64,000 bases of DNA. Origin: Lingula anatina. Taxonomy: Eukaryota; Animalia; Brachiopoda. This document shows, one piece after another, positions 47,418 to 60,156 of the stretch. The stretch lies in NCBI GenBank assembly GCA_051362555.1, contig CM120642.1:22630001-22694000 (forward strand). Direction: 5' to 3'. The notes under the pieces are model-generated. The model ran no database searches and was not told the origin of the DNA. It saw nothing but the letters and a program-made list of their open reading frames with translations. A program made the translations under genes and the position numbers. Within the stretch, counting starts at the first letter, position 1; each line of letters begins with the position of its first letter.

Positions 47418-47677
47418 CAGTGGCGGATTTAGAGGGGGTCAGGGCCTTTCGGTTTCTGAAAAATGTATCACACCAATATTCGCCTCTTGAAATTAGACTT
47501 TTGCCGAGCTAAATCATAGTTCTAAACCGTACCAAAGGGCACTGTTTGCTCTCCAAAACACCACTTTTTTGTCGGGGCCATTGAGCAGGCCCCAAACCCT
47601 ACAGGGGGGGGGGGGGGTGTGCGCATCCGAGGCCTGTCGTTCCAGCCCCCCTTCTAATAATCCTGGAACCGTCCCTG
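47418..47677 (+). mobile_element. hAT(Tip100)-like MITE, copy 1
   Basis: CAGTGGCGGATTTAG ... CTGGAACCGTCCCTG; colinear with 50808-51111. Confidence 0.75.
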
Positions 47678-47976
47678 CCCTCGGCCGTTCACCTAACCCC
47701 AGCAGCTTAAGTCGCAACAGCAACGGCGCTGTGAGGGCGCTTTGAACTATTTTATCCACGCTTTATTGCAGTAAAATAAACCAACAAAAAAGTTACAAGA
47801 GCCAAGTAGCGCATTGTTTGTTTAATAGGATAGTAATATTTTTGTTTACAGTTATATTTTTGTTTCCCATCCACTTATTACCACAGGTCCTTGCTAACAT
47901 TTAGCCCCTAAAGAATTAAACCACTTACCTCAATCACAACACGAATGTCACCTTTAATGAATTAGTATCGTTCTAT

Positions 47977-48007
<31 letters not shown>

Positions 48008-48139
48008 TTATTTTGCAGAAAGTAGACTTTGACAGTAAAAGAATCTGTCAACATTCCACACAAAATGTAAAAACATTTATTCTTCCTACTTTTACGCACA
48101 TACTGGTGTACATAGTTGTACTAATTTTGAAATGACCCA

Positions 48140-48846
48140 TGCGCTACCTCCAGAATAACGTCAAATGTCATATTTCTTTACTAGAATATTTTTTTTTTTT
48201 TTTTTTTTTTTTGCTGAATTGTTCTTTTTACAAAATAGTTTGTTATTAAACACAACGAAAGGTTCAGAAAAAGAACTAGTTTTGGAAACATGGTGTATAT
48301 ATATTCTCTTGAAATATTTTGTAAGTTAATTACTAACTTCAGATTTTAGCGTTCTCTTTCGGCGCACTCACTGTTTCACGGCGAGAGAAATCACCGTGCG
48401 CTATGATTGACTTTTGTTTATATAACCTGCCAATCAAGCTGTCATTACTTGACAGAAACTATCAAAACTAACTGAATTTGATTGGCACCTTGTCAATCAA
48501 AGGATGTAGGAAGCTTGAACTAAACGTGTTCGACGACTATAGTGATCCACTGTGTAATGGTTGTAATTGACGTTTGTTTATATAACCTGCCAATCAAGCT
48601 GTTATTACTTGACAGCAACTATCAAAACTAATGAATTTGATTGGCATCTTGTCAATCAAAGGATACTGGAGTTTTACATGTTCGGAGAAAAGAGTGAAGT
48701 AATTGTGTTTGAATATTGTTTAAAAAAATGTCATTCATAGTCTTGTGCGCTTGACAGCTTCCATCAAAGCTGAATTAGCCTGTTTGAATTTGATTCATAC
48801 CTGTCTATAACAATACGTGTCGTAACATTCTGGAGGTAGGGTGCAT
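48140..48846. mobile_element. ~700-bp inverted-repeat element with internal ~160-bp tandem duplication
   Basis: CTACCTCCAGAAT at 48144 and ATTCTGGAGGTAG at 48827. Duplicated TATAACCTGCCAATCAAGCTG...GTCAATCAAAGGAT at ~48420 and ~48580. No clear TSD. Confidence 0.5.
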
Positions 48847-50018
48847 TGTTTTTTCTCTTTTTGAAGCGCGTTAAAAAACGTCGGGTTCTTTATTTCAACC
48901 GAGAGACTGAAATTTAACAACATGAAAAAGTCCCGGGTTCTTTCACAGGCGTTTTTAATTGTACTAAAAATCAGTTGTCATTATTTTTCTGGATATGATG
49001 TAAATGATGTAAATGAGATAAAGATGCTAGTGGCCAGGTAAAATTAAAAAGTATCGGTTTTGTTCGTTCGTTATAAAGGGCTGAGGCAATAAGTAGCCCG
49101 TCGCTGTACAACTGTACAATTAAAACTGCCAAATTAAAATTGAAAACAATTTTATGCAATGCGTTAACAATCTTTCAAGCTTTGTTCTGCGATGTATTGT
49201 TAGTACTTCATAAATATAAAAAACTCCAGATTTCAATAACGTGTGAAAATTAATAAACTAATAGTGGAATAAGTCGAGCTGGTTTAATCAAAGACTTGAA
49301 ATTCTTGGTTTAATTTATTGAAGTTGTTCGTTCAATATTTTATACTGTATTTCATCGGATTGGTAAAATATTATCTTTTCATTATATATAAAGTGGTTGC
49401 TACGCCGTATAAGAATTAATATTTGACCGAATATTTACTTGAAAACATACTTTTTTTTTATCTAATTTAAGTTATTCTATTTTAAAGTAAAAACAAGATT
49501 AATTCAGTATTAACAATACCATCTTTGCTTTGCCCCATCTAGCACATTCTATGAATTTTTTGTCCGAAGGCGCATATTATAATGTAATAGATTTCCTGGC
49601 ATGCTTTTTGCAGTTAATATTCTACGTGCAGTATAATAACGTTTCATGCGGCAAGTGACACTAAAAATAAAGTTTTCTCTCTCGGTAATCTTTTTCAACT
49701 TATCTGTCATAGAGAAACATCTTTAACTTGTTTCTATAACAAAGATTAGGTAAAAAAATTTCCCTAGTTTTGAGTTCAGGTCAAGAGAGGAACCAGGGGC
49801 GGTAGGCGAGTCTTGACATTCCTCTCTTTTAGTACGAAAACAAAAGAAGTGCATTCATTAAATTGTGTACGAGGCAATTTCATATCTTGGCTTCCTTTGT
49901 CCCAAATTTGCCCTTAGAAATGCCCTCAGATACTGAGCTTACTTAAGCCCCGATTTAAGGGTCATTCACAAGTAAACTCAGTACCGAAATGCCGTATACT
50001 TCCATTTTTATTGTTCAA

Positions 50019-50104
<86 letters not shown>
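50019..50104. repeat. Compound (TC)n(AC)n(TC)n microsatellite
   Basis: Direct reading. Confidence 0.95.
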
Positions 50105-50107
<3 letters not shown>

Positions 50108-50807
50108 ATTTATTTTAATCTATTTTAATCTCTATATACTTAAGAATGATTCAGAATTCACTCGATGGGGAATCAAAAATTGATATAAAAAGTCGATCCA
50201 TTTTCTAGTGAACTGGGTCTTTTAATGATAGACAGTAATGCGTCTTCTCGTAAACAGGGCAATTTTTGTAGAGAGCAATTACTCCATACGCTGTCTACTA
50301 CAGAGGCTAGTCCCGCCTAGGTTTGTTAATTTTATTCATACAAGGCAGTCCATCTTCCATTTTGAAGACCAATATTTGGTTTACATGACAAAATCACAAC
50401 ATCAATGGCTTAATTCAAAATATATTGGGGGAAGGCCCCCTCCTCACACACGTACGGCTGTCCAAGGCAGTAGGAGCGCAGAATGATGTTTTAAAAGCCC
50501 CCTGCCCACTTTTTTCACGTCAACACAGATGTGGACGGGTTGGTTCTTCTATTTCTTCTTTTTTTTTTAGAGTGGGGGGGGGGGGGGGGGGGGGGAGCGC
50601 AAACTGAAAGTTAACACTTTTTGAGACCTTTCCTGCCGTGCGTAGGCACAACCAGTACAACGCATGGATTTTGTGCTGGCCGTCACAATGAGGCCGAGAC
50701 TGCAGCACATGCAAAACACTGCAGCCTACGCACTAATATAACCAAAATTGCCAATTTTTTTAGCCGCGCTCCGACCCCGCGTCGTGAAGGTATGACCGGG
50801 GTATAAG

Positions 50808-51111
50808 CAGTGGCGAGTTTAGAGGGGTGTCTGGGGAGTCCTGCCCCCCCCTCTTCGGTTTCTGAAAAATAAATCACACCAATACTTCTCTCTTGATATT
50901 AGAATTTTGAATAGCTTAATCATAGTTCTAGACCGTAGCAAATGGCACCGTTTGTCCTCTTATAATAAATACCATATTTTTTCGGTGCCCTTCAGCGGGC
51001 CCCGAACCCCACGTCAAGGGGGTGGAGGAGGGGGCGAGGGTCTGCTTCGCATCCGAGGCCTGTCATTTCTAAAAAACCGCCCCCCTTCAAATTATCCTGA
51101 ATCCGCCCCTG
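50808..51111 (+). mobile_element. hAT(Tip100)-like MITE, copy 2
   Basis: CAGTGGCGAGTTTAG ... CTGAATCCGCCCCTG; direct-repeat homolog of 47418-47677. Confidence 0.75.
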
Positions 51112-54100
51112 TTTTAGTATAGACCAAAAATGGCCAATTTAAAATAGATTAAGTTGTGGCAGTGATCCTTCAATGGTTAATCAATCAATTATTAATTATG
51201 AGAAATGAACTGTCTTGTCCGAGGTCTGCATTCTCTGAGTGCCTTTTTACTTTGATTAAAAAAAAACTATTAGATTGTATCATATTCTACTTGGGAAGAA
51301 TGGACAGAAATTCACGGTTTAAAAAATAAAATAAAATTTTTGAAAAAATTCATTTTTTAAAATTTTTTTGGGATACCCATTACCGTTAAAATTCAGCTTT
51401 GTGACAAATGATAGGCTTGAATTTGTTTACAACTTTTGAAAAAATTACATGGCCTAACTTTGAATGTCGGAATGGATTCATTAACCATAGGTAATACGGG
51501 AAGAATATGTTGTTGTTTTTTTCAAAGCGAACAGATGTATCCCTTAAAACAAAAACATCAGTTATATGAAATAAGAACTTGAACTTCTTACTATTAAATT
51601 TTAAGTGGTATAATCGCCGACTTAAGAACAATTTTTTTGTGAAACAGATACGTTTTGCTCTTGTCTCAATATTTTGTCCAAGGTCAGTGATTATCATTAT
51701 CAGAATTATAAGTAAATACAATTCCTTAAAACCATGAACAACCTTATTGATCTAGAACTTGAATATGTGTCGTTTTCAGGTTCGAGAACTGATGGGTAAC
51801 TTCTAGCGACCCACATGTATAAACACATAACCATTAAAGCACCATGAGCGGATAGAGTACAACAACTAAAAAGGTTACAGCAGTATACACTAGTAAACCA
51901 GCGACAAGCAGGGCTGACATTTTAAATAGATTCAATCCTTTTTTATAAGAAGTTACACGAAGAAAATGCTTTTTTATGCCAGCCTTTTCATTTAATACAC
52001 GTTTTGGTGAAGAATATTACAACCCAAGGCAAATATTGCTTTCTATATTAGGTGTCAACCCTGGAGATTAATTATGAGGCAAACTTCAGCATGTGAAACA
52101 TTCTTGAATCCCTGAACCAAACCAAACTTAACCAAACATCACTATTAAGAAACAATGTCTATTCTTCTATACCAAGACACAGGATGTCTTGAAAGATTCA
52201 TGTATTTCAAAAAGTTACAAACACTCTCATTACGGAAAAATTCAAGGATGTGAAATTTTTAAACTAAAAGCAATAGAAGAGATTTGAAAGGAGTGTACAG
52301 CATCTAAGAAAAAAATACAACAATCACGAGATGCCTTGGCAATTTAAGGGGGTTAATACTTTGTACAACAAGCCGCTGTCTTGAATAATAAAAAGGGTGT
52401 CAGTAAGGACTTGTATCTGTAGTTACCTGCTATTTTTTAAAATGTATCTCATTGTTTCAGACGGAACACACGTTCACACCTGGAACAAACCCCATACTTC
52501 TTTATTGGCAAATCCGTTCCAACTTAAATTAAAAGAATAAGGGAAAAAGAACAGTAAGTGTTACGCTGAATATGGGCATTCAAGGGAAATTATCGAAAAA
52601 ATAAAAAATGTTCCAATGATGCCAACAGTGCGAAATGCACCATTTTGGTGAATATAATCCACGCAAAATAAGCAGTGTTGTTAAGTTTCATTTATGAAGT
52701 TCCAACAACAGGTTGGTGCCAATTTAAGAGCCGATTTTTTCCACCAAGGCGTGTTAATTGTAGAAATGTTGCTTCTTTCTTCTCCATCTTCTTCTAACCT
52801 TGGTTCCATCTGAAAACCTCTCACCATGGTTTTCACCTGATTTACACGGCAGTTCACCTTTTTTCAGTGAGGTGAGGAAGCCTCGGTTGTAAATTTAGTC
52901 TTTGTTATTTGACAAGGTACAACGAATCCCCATCCCAGTAACACGAATCGGGTTTGCAGAAATTAAAATTGTCAAACGCAACTACATTTTGTCAGACTTT
53001 ATACTTGATATCAAGTGATCAGGTTTAACCACCAGATTCCTTAGGCAAAATGAATGGGTCCAATAACATCACTGATAGGGATTGTGTTAGAGAAGATCAG
53101 ATAAATATTCTATTCGTTAATCACAAGTGCGGTATGCATTATTATATTACCTAATTCTTAAATATAAAACTGGTTTTCTTGGGGTAAACTTCAGTAATTT
53201 TCTCATATTTGTGGGTCTTATGTAATACACTTGAATATTCAAACCTATTGTATGACTATTTTATTGAAGAACATGATTTTTTCTATTTAAAAAGTGACGT
53301 GTGCCATCTATTTTTGTCGCAGGTATCCTTTCAATTCCACAAACACCTGATTTGATCTCACATATATGCTTATTGCCCATCTGACCTTGGTTCTATCATA
53401 GGCAGCCCTACCTCCACAAGTTCCCTACCTCCATCCCTGTCCTGGGTTCCCCTATCTGATTTAAAGGTGGATATTAAATACACTATGATAGACGGTGATG
53501 TGATCTACAGAGATGGTGAAGGATCAGATGATAGAGAACGCTAACGCTAGTCCTTATAAGTGATGTAATTACATTGATTGTGGCTATGATGGAAAATATG
53601 TGCTTAGTCTAGAGTGTACCTTTTTGTATCTTGAACGGTCAGTGACGGCAATTTCATGAAGAATCATACAAAAAGTCCTAAAATGCCGTCCCTAAAATAT
53701 TGTTGAAGGGGAACTTTGTAGTCTTTCCGACCCTGTTTCCTCGTTTTCCATGTTTTTTATTATTGGAAGTAGCATACAAGTAACATTTGTGTGTCAGTAC
53801 TTAGTAGGTTCAGCATACTTTAAGAAAACTCAATCTATCAAATTTTCTTTATTCAAAAACATATAAAAGCTGCCCCCTACACCCCCTTCAGAAGTCAACA
53901 GTCCTGCATTGCTTCATACACTTTCATCACTGTCACCAACTTTACCATTTGCTATTGTTTAAGTAGCACTTTTCATTCACTTAACTGTACTGCAAAATCT
54001 CTGTCTTTCCAAGTTTCCTCAAAATTAATATATTTTCTGTCACTCATGTCTTAACGGCTTTCCTTCGGGATCACACGCTGTGTGAAACAATGCTAAATAG

Positions 54101-55965
54101 ATCAATAAGCTTCACTACGTTATTTGATTCGTCTGTCGTTCTATAGAGACGTATCATCTTTGAGAAGGTCGTTACACATGCGGGGTGTGGCCAATGTTAA
54201 TTTCCTTCACTGCATTTTGCAATGACTCTGAGCGCTGGCAATGGGAAGATTAATATGCATCACACACTCACTCACAAAAACATGGGTCCGCCAACCTTTT
54301 GAAACAATATAACGACAATCCATTTTTTTTTCTTTTTATCCCATTTTTATAATACAGCGTGTTCCTATGAACAAATCTTAGAAATCTTCAAGGAAGGTTT
54401 ATAAGTGCTGACGTCGAACTTGTAATTTCCTGCTCATCACAAAACCGGCATTATGCTTCGTTTTGCAAGTGGGGCCTGCACGTGGTTGTCGTGATTTGTA
54501 GATTGTGGTGCACTCGGCACCTTCCTCTCCGCACGTTTTATTAGCGTGGCATGCAAGGTTTTTACGGTATCACGCCAATTTCCGAGAGCAATTTCATTAT
54601 CAGAGTTCTATATCATTTTTTTGTCACGCAGAGCTTAAAAGGTGTTAACTCGTATTAAAAATTAGTTACCTCGTCCATGTATTAAGGTTGAGTCTCAACA
54701 CGTTTCCCCCTTCCTTTTGAACCAGCTACTGATATTTTATGTCCATGCATATGGTTTTAAGGCCGAAAAAGGGTAATCAAGTTGCTTTGATATTCAGTCC
54801 AATCTTAACTTGCACAATAAAAAAAAAAAAGAGTCGCGAATGCGTGTGAGCGTTTTATGCAGAGGACACTGCTTCATTCCTTTTTGCAGAATGTCTACTT
54901 GCTGTTCAAAATGTACAAATTATGAAAGAAAATTGTGCCCAACAGCACCGATTCCAAATCATGGCATGCAAAACTTAGCAAAATTTGGATAAAGGTGCAC
55001 ACGAAACACGGAAAAAACAAATTCCGCGCCCCCTGAATAGATAATTTCCTAATTATGGTTGGAAGTGGTTCAAAGTGAAATCAATTTCTTGCTTCAATGT
55101 TCCACATATAGGGAGCTTCTGTCTGGAACTTGAAAACTAAATTAAAAATTCAAATATCTTTTAGAAACCTGTGACTTAAGACAATTACAAACGAAGCCCA
55201 ACATGTTACACTATGCATCAATGAAAGAAACATCCTTAAACCAACCACCAAGTAACAGATTGTATGCCCTTATGATATATAATATTGTCTGAATATCATA
55301 TTTCATTTGTTATTGTAGTTTATTTTTTAATATATTGTAAGGTCAATATCATAAAAAAGATGTCATTGTACCAAAATTACTTTTAAAATCCTACAGATTA
55401 CCTAACTGAGAGCAGATGCAATCATAGGAAATGCAATTATTGTTTTTTTTTTAATAAAAGAAAAACCCCTAGAACATTAGCACAAGCAATGAAAAAAGAG
55501 GTAATGAAAGGATAATAGGCGATAATCAATAAATAATTATCTCAATGGGACGTGCCTGTTCCCCTTTATTGACAAGTTCCATAAATCTAGGTCTAAAAAA
55601 GCCCAGCGTGTGCACAGACACAGCTACATGTACGTGCACTGATAAATGCTACTGTGCATTGTGCATTGGGTTCCTCTACTTTATATGTGGCTGATATTGA
55701 GAGAAGTAGAAGTGTACTGGGTGTTATGTTGACGCAAATCTTAATTCCTAACTTCTTTTAGATTACCTGCGTGTTTTTCTAAAAGGTGCCTTGTATCCAT
55801 TCGTGGTAATGACATTTGGTGTACTAGCCCTGCTTAAATGTGCTAGACTTCAAAATTTAATAAATATATGAAATGGCCCTTTAGGCTTAAGTCATGTAGA
55901 GAACGAATAAATGTAAAGACTGATGATAATAAGGCATTTGTTACTTTGTGGCAGAGTAGATTATG

Positions 55966-55966
<1 letters not shown>

Positions 55967-56043
<77 letters not shown>
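55967..56043. repeat. Compound (TC)n(AC)n microsatellite
   Basis: Direct reading. Confidence 0.95.
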
Positions 56044-56045
<2 letters not shown>

Positions 56046-59000
56046 ATAGAGCTTACTTAAGATGTTAATATCATTTCAAAGGCTATCCTGGGCGACATCT
56101 GAATACACCAATCATGTTGTAACAAATACATATGTAGATCATATGCCAGTTTGTCCTGTAGTAGACAAGACATACGTCCGTCCTGAACTTCATTTAATAT
56201 AGGAAAACTTAGGCTTAGGCTTAAATTGAACATAAAGTTGTAAATTTTAAACGGTCGAAACACAATCTACCGATTCCATGTTTCTTATTTTGTCTTTTCT
56301 GAAGTGGCGCGTAGATAACTGCTAAGCACACAGAATGACCAATCACAGTTCCATTGCAGTAAACACGTTATCTGAATAATGTTCATCATCCATCCTCTTA
56401 ACTTTCTAGGCCGTTAGCCCTTTTATATACACATGTTAATGGATTTTTGCGATATAATATTAAAGTGATTTTTAAACCTTTTTACCAAAATTTTCCCATT
56501 TTAATATTCCTTCTTCGTGATATTTACAGTATTCCTAGTATTCACCAAGCACTTGTATACATGTAACTCCTACTAGGACCCGTTGGAAAAACAGAGATAC
56601 ATACCTAGAGATGTCACCCATACTCCTTTCTAAATTAAAAAAAAAAAAAAAACAGTATTAGGAGCGAAACTACACGAACCCAAGATATTTTTCCAATCCC
56701 AGTGCCCTACAAATTGATGTATATCATTTATCATATTCTTGTTTACTGTTTTACATGTATGTTTGCCAAGTTTTGCTCCCTCATTAGAAAATCCAGTGCA
56801 CCTTTTACGACCCAGCTTACGGTTACACGTGAGTAGGCCTCATTGATGTTTGGTAATCGACCGTGTGTGATTGGCGAACTGCATAAGGCTCATCTCGTAT
56901 TTTGCCATTGGTGCTTTTGTTTTGTGACCAGGCTAAAATCAGCTTAAATATATTTATCAAGTCTCACTGTGAACACATGACGTAGATAGAAAAGATAGAA
57001 ATATAAGAAGAATAAGAACAGAGGTAGTACCTTTCTTAATTGTCTGTAATGCTATTGTTAATATATTATTATTATTACTCTGTTCTTATAAAAATTGTCT
57101 GTAATGATAAGGACTTTCTCTCTCAGTTTATCAATGTATAACACTGTTTTCCTACAAGAAGTGTTTTTTGAGATAAATATTATATGTTTGTTATAACCCA
57201 CGCCATTACCAAGATGAAAACCACATCACTTGCGACTAGTTGCACTCTGGAAGTCTGGCTTCTACAGGAACGACATTGTTAATACCAGTCTAACCTTGCA
57301 GGCTTCCGTCATTCGTAATGAACTTGAAAGATACTTAAAAAATATTTTCATGTTTTGCGGTGATCATGATCTGCATTTGCGCAAACGCTCAGGCCAGTTA
57401 AGGTTAGAAGGGGAGATTTAAGACTTATAGGACCCAATTCTTTATTTATGGAAATTAACTGCCTTTTGTTGTGTTGACTCCATTTCCCAGCTGAATGGTG
57501 TATTACTTGCTGCAACGTAACAAAAGAGCGGGCATTGTTAAGTTTAGCCAAACACAAGCTGTAAAAATGTATTCAAAATTTATATCATTTCTAAAACTGC
57601 TGCTTTTTTCAGGGTCCAGGTGGGGGGGGGGGTGAAGTGTCCTCTGTTCATTTTATTTTGGTATGCAGTTATTTATGTTTTAGATAAAATTAATTATTAA
57701 ATTACAAGTTATGAGAAGTGATAAAAATATCTTTGAAGATCAGCAGAGCATACACATTTTATTCAGTGCTCTGTTCGTTCATTGCGGTTTTGTAAAAATG
57801 TCGCCAACTAACTATTGCTTCTCAGTTTTTTTATAGGATTCAAGCATTTGAGAGCCTTTTTTATTGGATTTGTAATCAGATCTATCTTGAAATATATCTT
57901 ACCTCCTAAAGGATGAATTGGATATATACTTTCAACCTAAGGATAGAATGAGACAACCCCCTCTGAAATCTTTACCACATTTGAAGAAAAGTAGAAAATA
58001 AAATGTGTGCACATAATTTGTTGCGATTAGAATTGGGGTTTTCACTCAATCCGTGAACTTCATGAGCAACATTCCAGTATAATTGACCTTTAAGGTTTAC
58101 TCATATTCTACGAAGGCTAATAACAGAACCACTATTCAATGGACCCAATATAGAAAGCTCAGTGCTGAACTAAGTTTAAATGCCCAAGTCAGAGGCACAA
58201 GGTTTGGGCGCGGGCCTATTAAAGTAAACGAGAAAGGCGGGTAGAGTGAAACACTATGTACAGCCTGATAAATTCTGTAAAAAATTAAATGACAAAAATA
58301 TTGATAAACAGTCTTCAGAAGATGATAGAAGTGTCCCATGCTGAGAGCATGTTAAAATGCCCCCAATATCGTTCAATGCGTTTTATGATGGATTCGTCGA
58401 CCTTGCATGGAGAGAATTCCTTGGAATCATCATACACCTTTAAATAGAATAAATGAAAAATTAGATTTGACTCTGGTGTAAGCTGGCTTCAAAACATGAA
58501 ATTATGAATACAGAAATATGAACATAATTATGGCAGAGCATAATAACATTATTTATCTATATATTCAATGTATTGACAAGAATGATTACATTTGGTTTTT
58601 ATTTTCTGTTCTATTATCAAGTTTTTTTTTTCGTTTTGTTATCTAAAGACCGGTCTTAAGTCAAAATAATTGAACCGGTTACAGATTCCGTTAGCAGAAT
58701 ATTGGAGCGAAGAAACAATTAACGAACGATCCGGACACGAACTAGTTTAAATACTTACTGATTATTATTATATCAAGCTAAAAAATACCCTGTAATTATG
58801 TATGGTTTTGTATTAGCGTTGCTTTCATATATCTTCTGCAACTTGTCGCATAGAAAAACTGTAGAGCCGCATTTTTATAGCAGGCAAAACTATTTCATTA
58901 CTCATAAGGATGTATTTTACACTTGAATATTAGTGAAGAGCATCTGAAACAATGATTTTTTTAAATATTAATGTAAAAATAATTCTTCAAAACAATGCCA

Positions 59001-60156
59001 GAGAAATGAATGGCACTTTTAATAAACCAAATGGTAAATAGCCCAGAATCAGCACTGAAGGTACATTGACACTGAATCGTAAAAGCACAGCTTGAGACCA
59101 GAAGTGCAATAATAGTGTATCTTTGTAATCAGATGGCTTTCCTGAACAGACCTAAGCACTCAATCTTGGCAACAAGACAGCTGCTATCAATTGCAAGCTA
59201 CTCTGAAATTCTGGTGGAAAATGATGGAGCGATTGCACCGAGTTTCATAAAATAACTAGAGGGAATGGAAATACCGTGTAAGCTGGACGCCTGATGTCTG
59301 AGACCGCACAATTAAATGCAGTATCCATTCCCGTCCGATCGTTAAAATGGCAATGAGGCAGATCTAGAGTTTTCTTAAAACTCAGCAAAGAATCCCACGA
59401 GTGGGTCGTTTAACCGTATACTTATTGGTCGGAGTTCCCCGGGGTTTGCTCTATTTGGTAGGCATTTACCAGATGTCTTCATATGTTGCATATAAAATTT
59501 CCTAGATTTCTTTAAAATTTACGTCAAATTTTCGTCAAAATTTACTTTAATTCTTAATAGTTGGTAGAGATAAACACATTAGATGGTGACCAAAAATCAA
59601 ATTAAGATATCTCAAGTGAACCTTGAATGCCAAGCTAAAAAGCATTTCCTGTTTTACTGCCTGATAGTACTTTGCTTAATAAAGGCTAAGGTGGTATTCA
59701 AAGGTGGTTTAAAGTATAGTGACAGAGGTCGACCATGCAGATGACTGGATACAAATGGCATTGCTGCCAACCCGACAAACGAACAGCAACGGACACGGGT
59801 AAAATGTGATTATGCTAACAGAGGAACAATGCGGGTACAGTCAGATATTAGGTGTGAATATATCATATATAAGCCATCCACATGTTTGTTTTGCAGTACC
59901 ACAGTGCACTTGAATACTAGTAGGCCTATATCGTGTAACATATTAACGCCGAAGCCTATGGGCAAAAGAATTATCAGTGGTATTTGCAGAAATTGACCGT
60001 AGTTGGCCGGACAATCCAAAACGAAAATAAGTAGGGGAGGATTATGTGCGGACAAATGTGTATAATAAAAAGATGTTTATAGTAACATAACATCAAATGG
60101 TTTCAGTTTCAAAATGAAAAAAAAAAAACTGAATAAAAAACACCAAGCAGTCTTCG

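Noticed and set aside
47677-47745. Twister-ribozyme-like segment (CCTAAC...GTCGCAA...GAGGG)
   Set aside because: Lacks the conserved CAAGC loop and P4 pairing; only a generic stem is supportable.
51120-60100. Hidden exons or RNA genes in the long intergenic region
   Set aside because: I found no consistent exon chain, tRNA cloverleaf or recognisable snRNA by eye; a lncRNA or the GPCR 3' UTR cannot be excluded.
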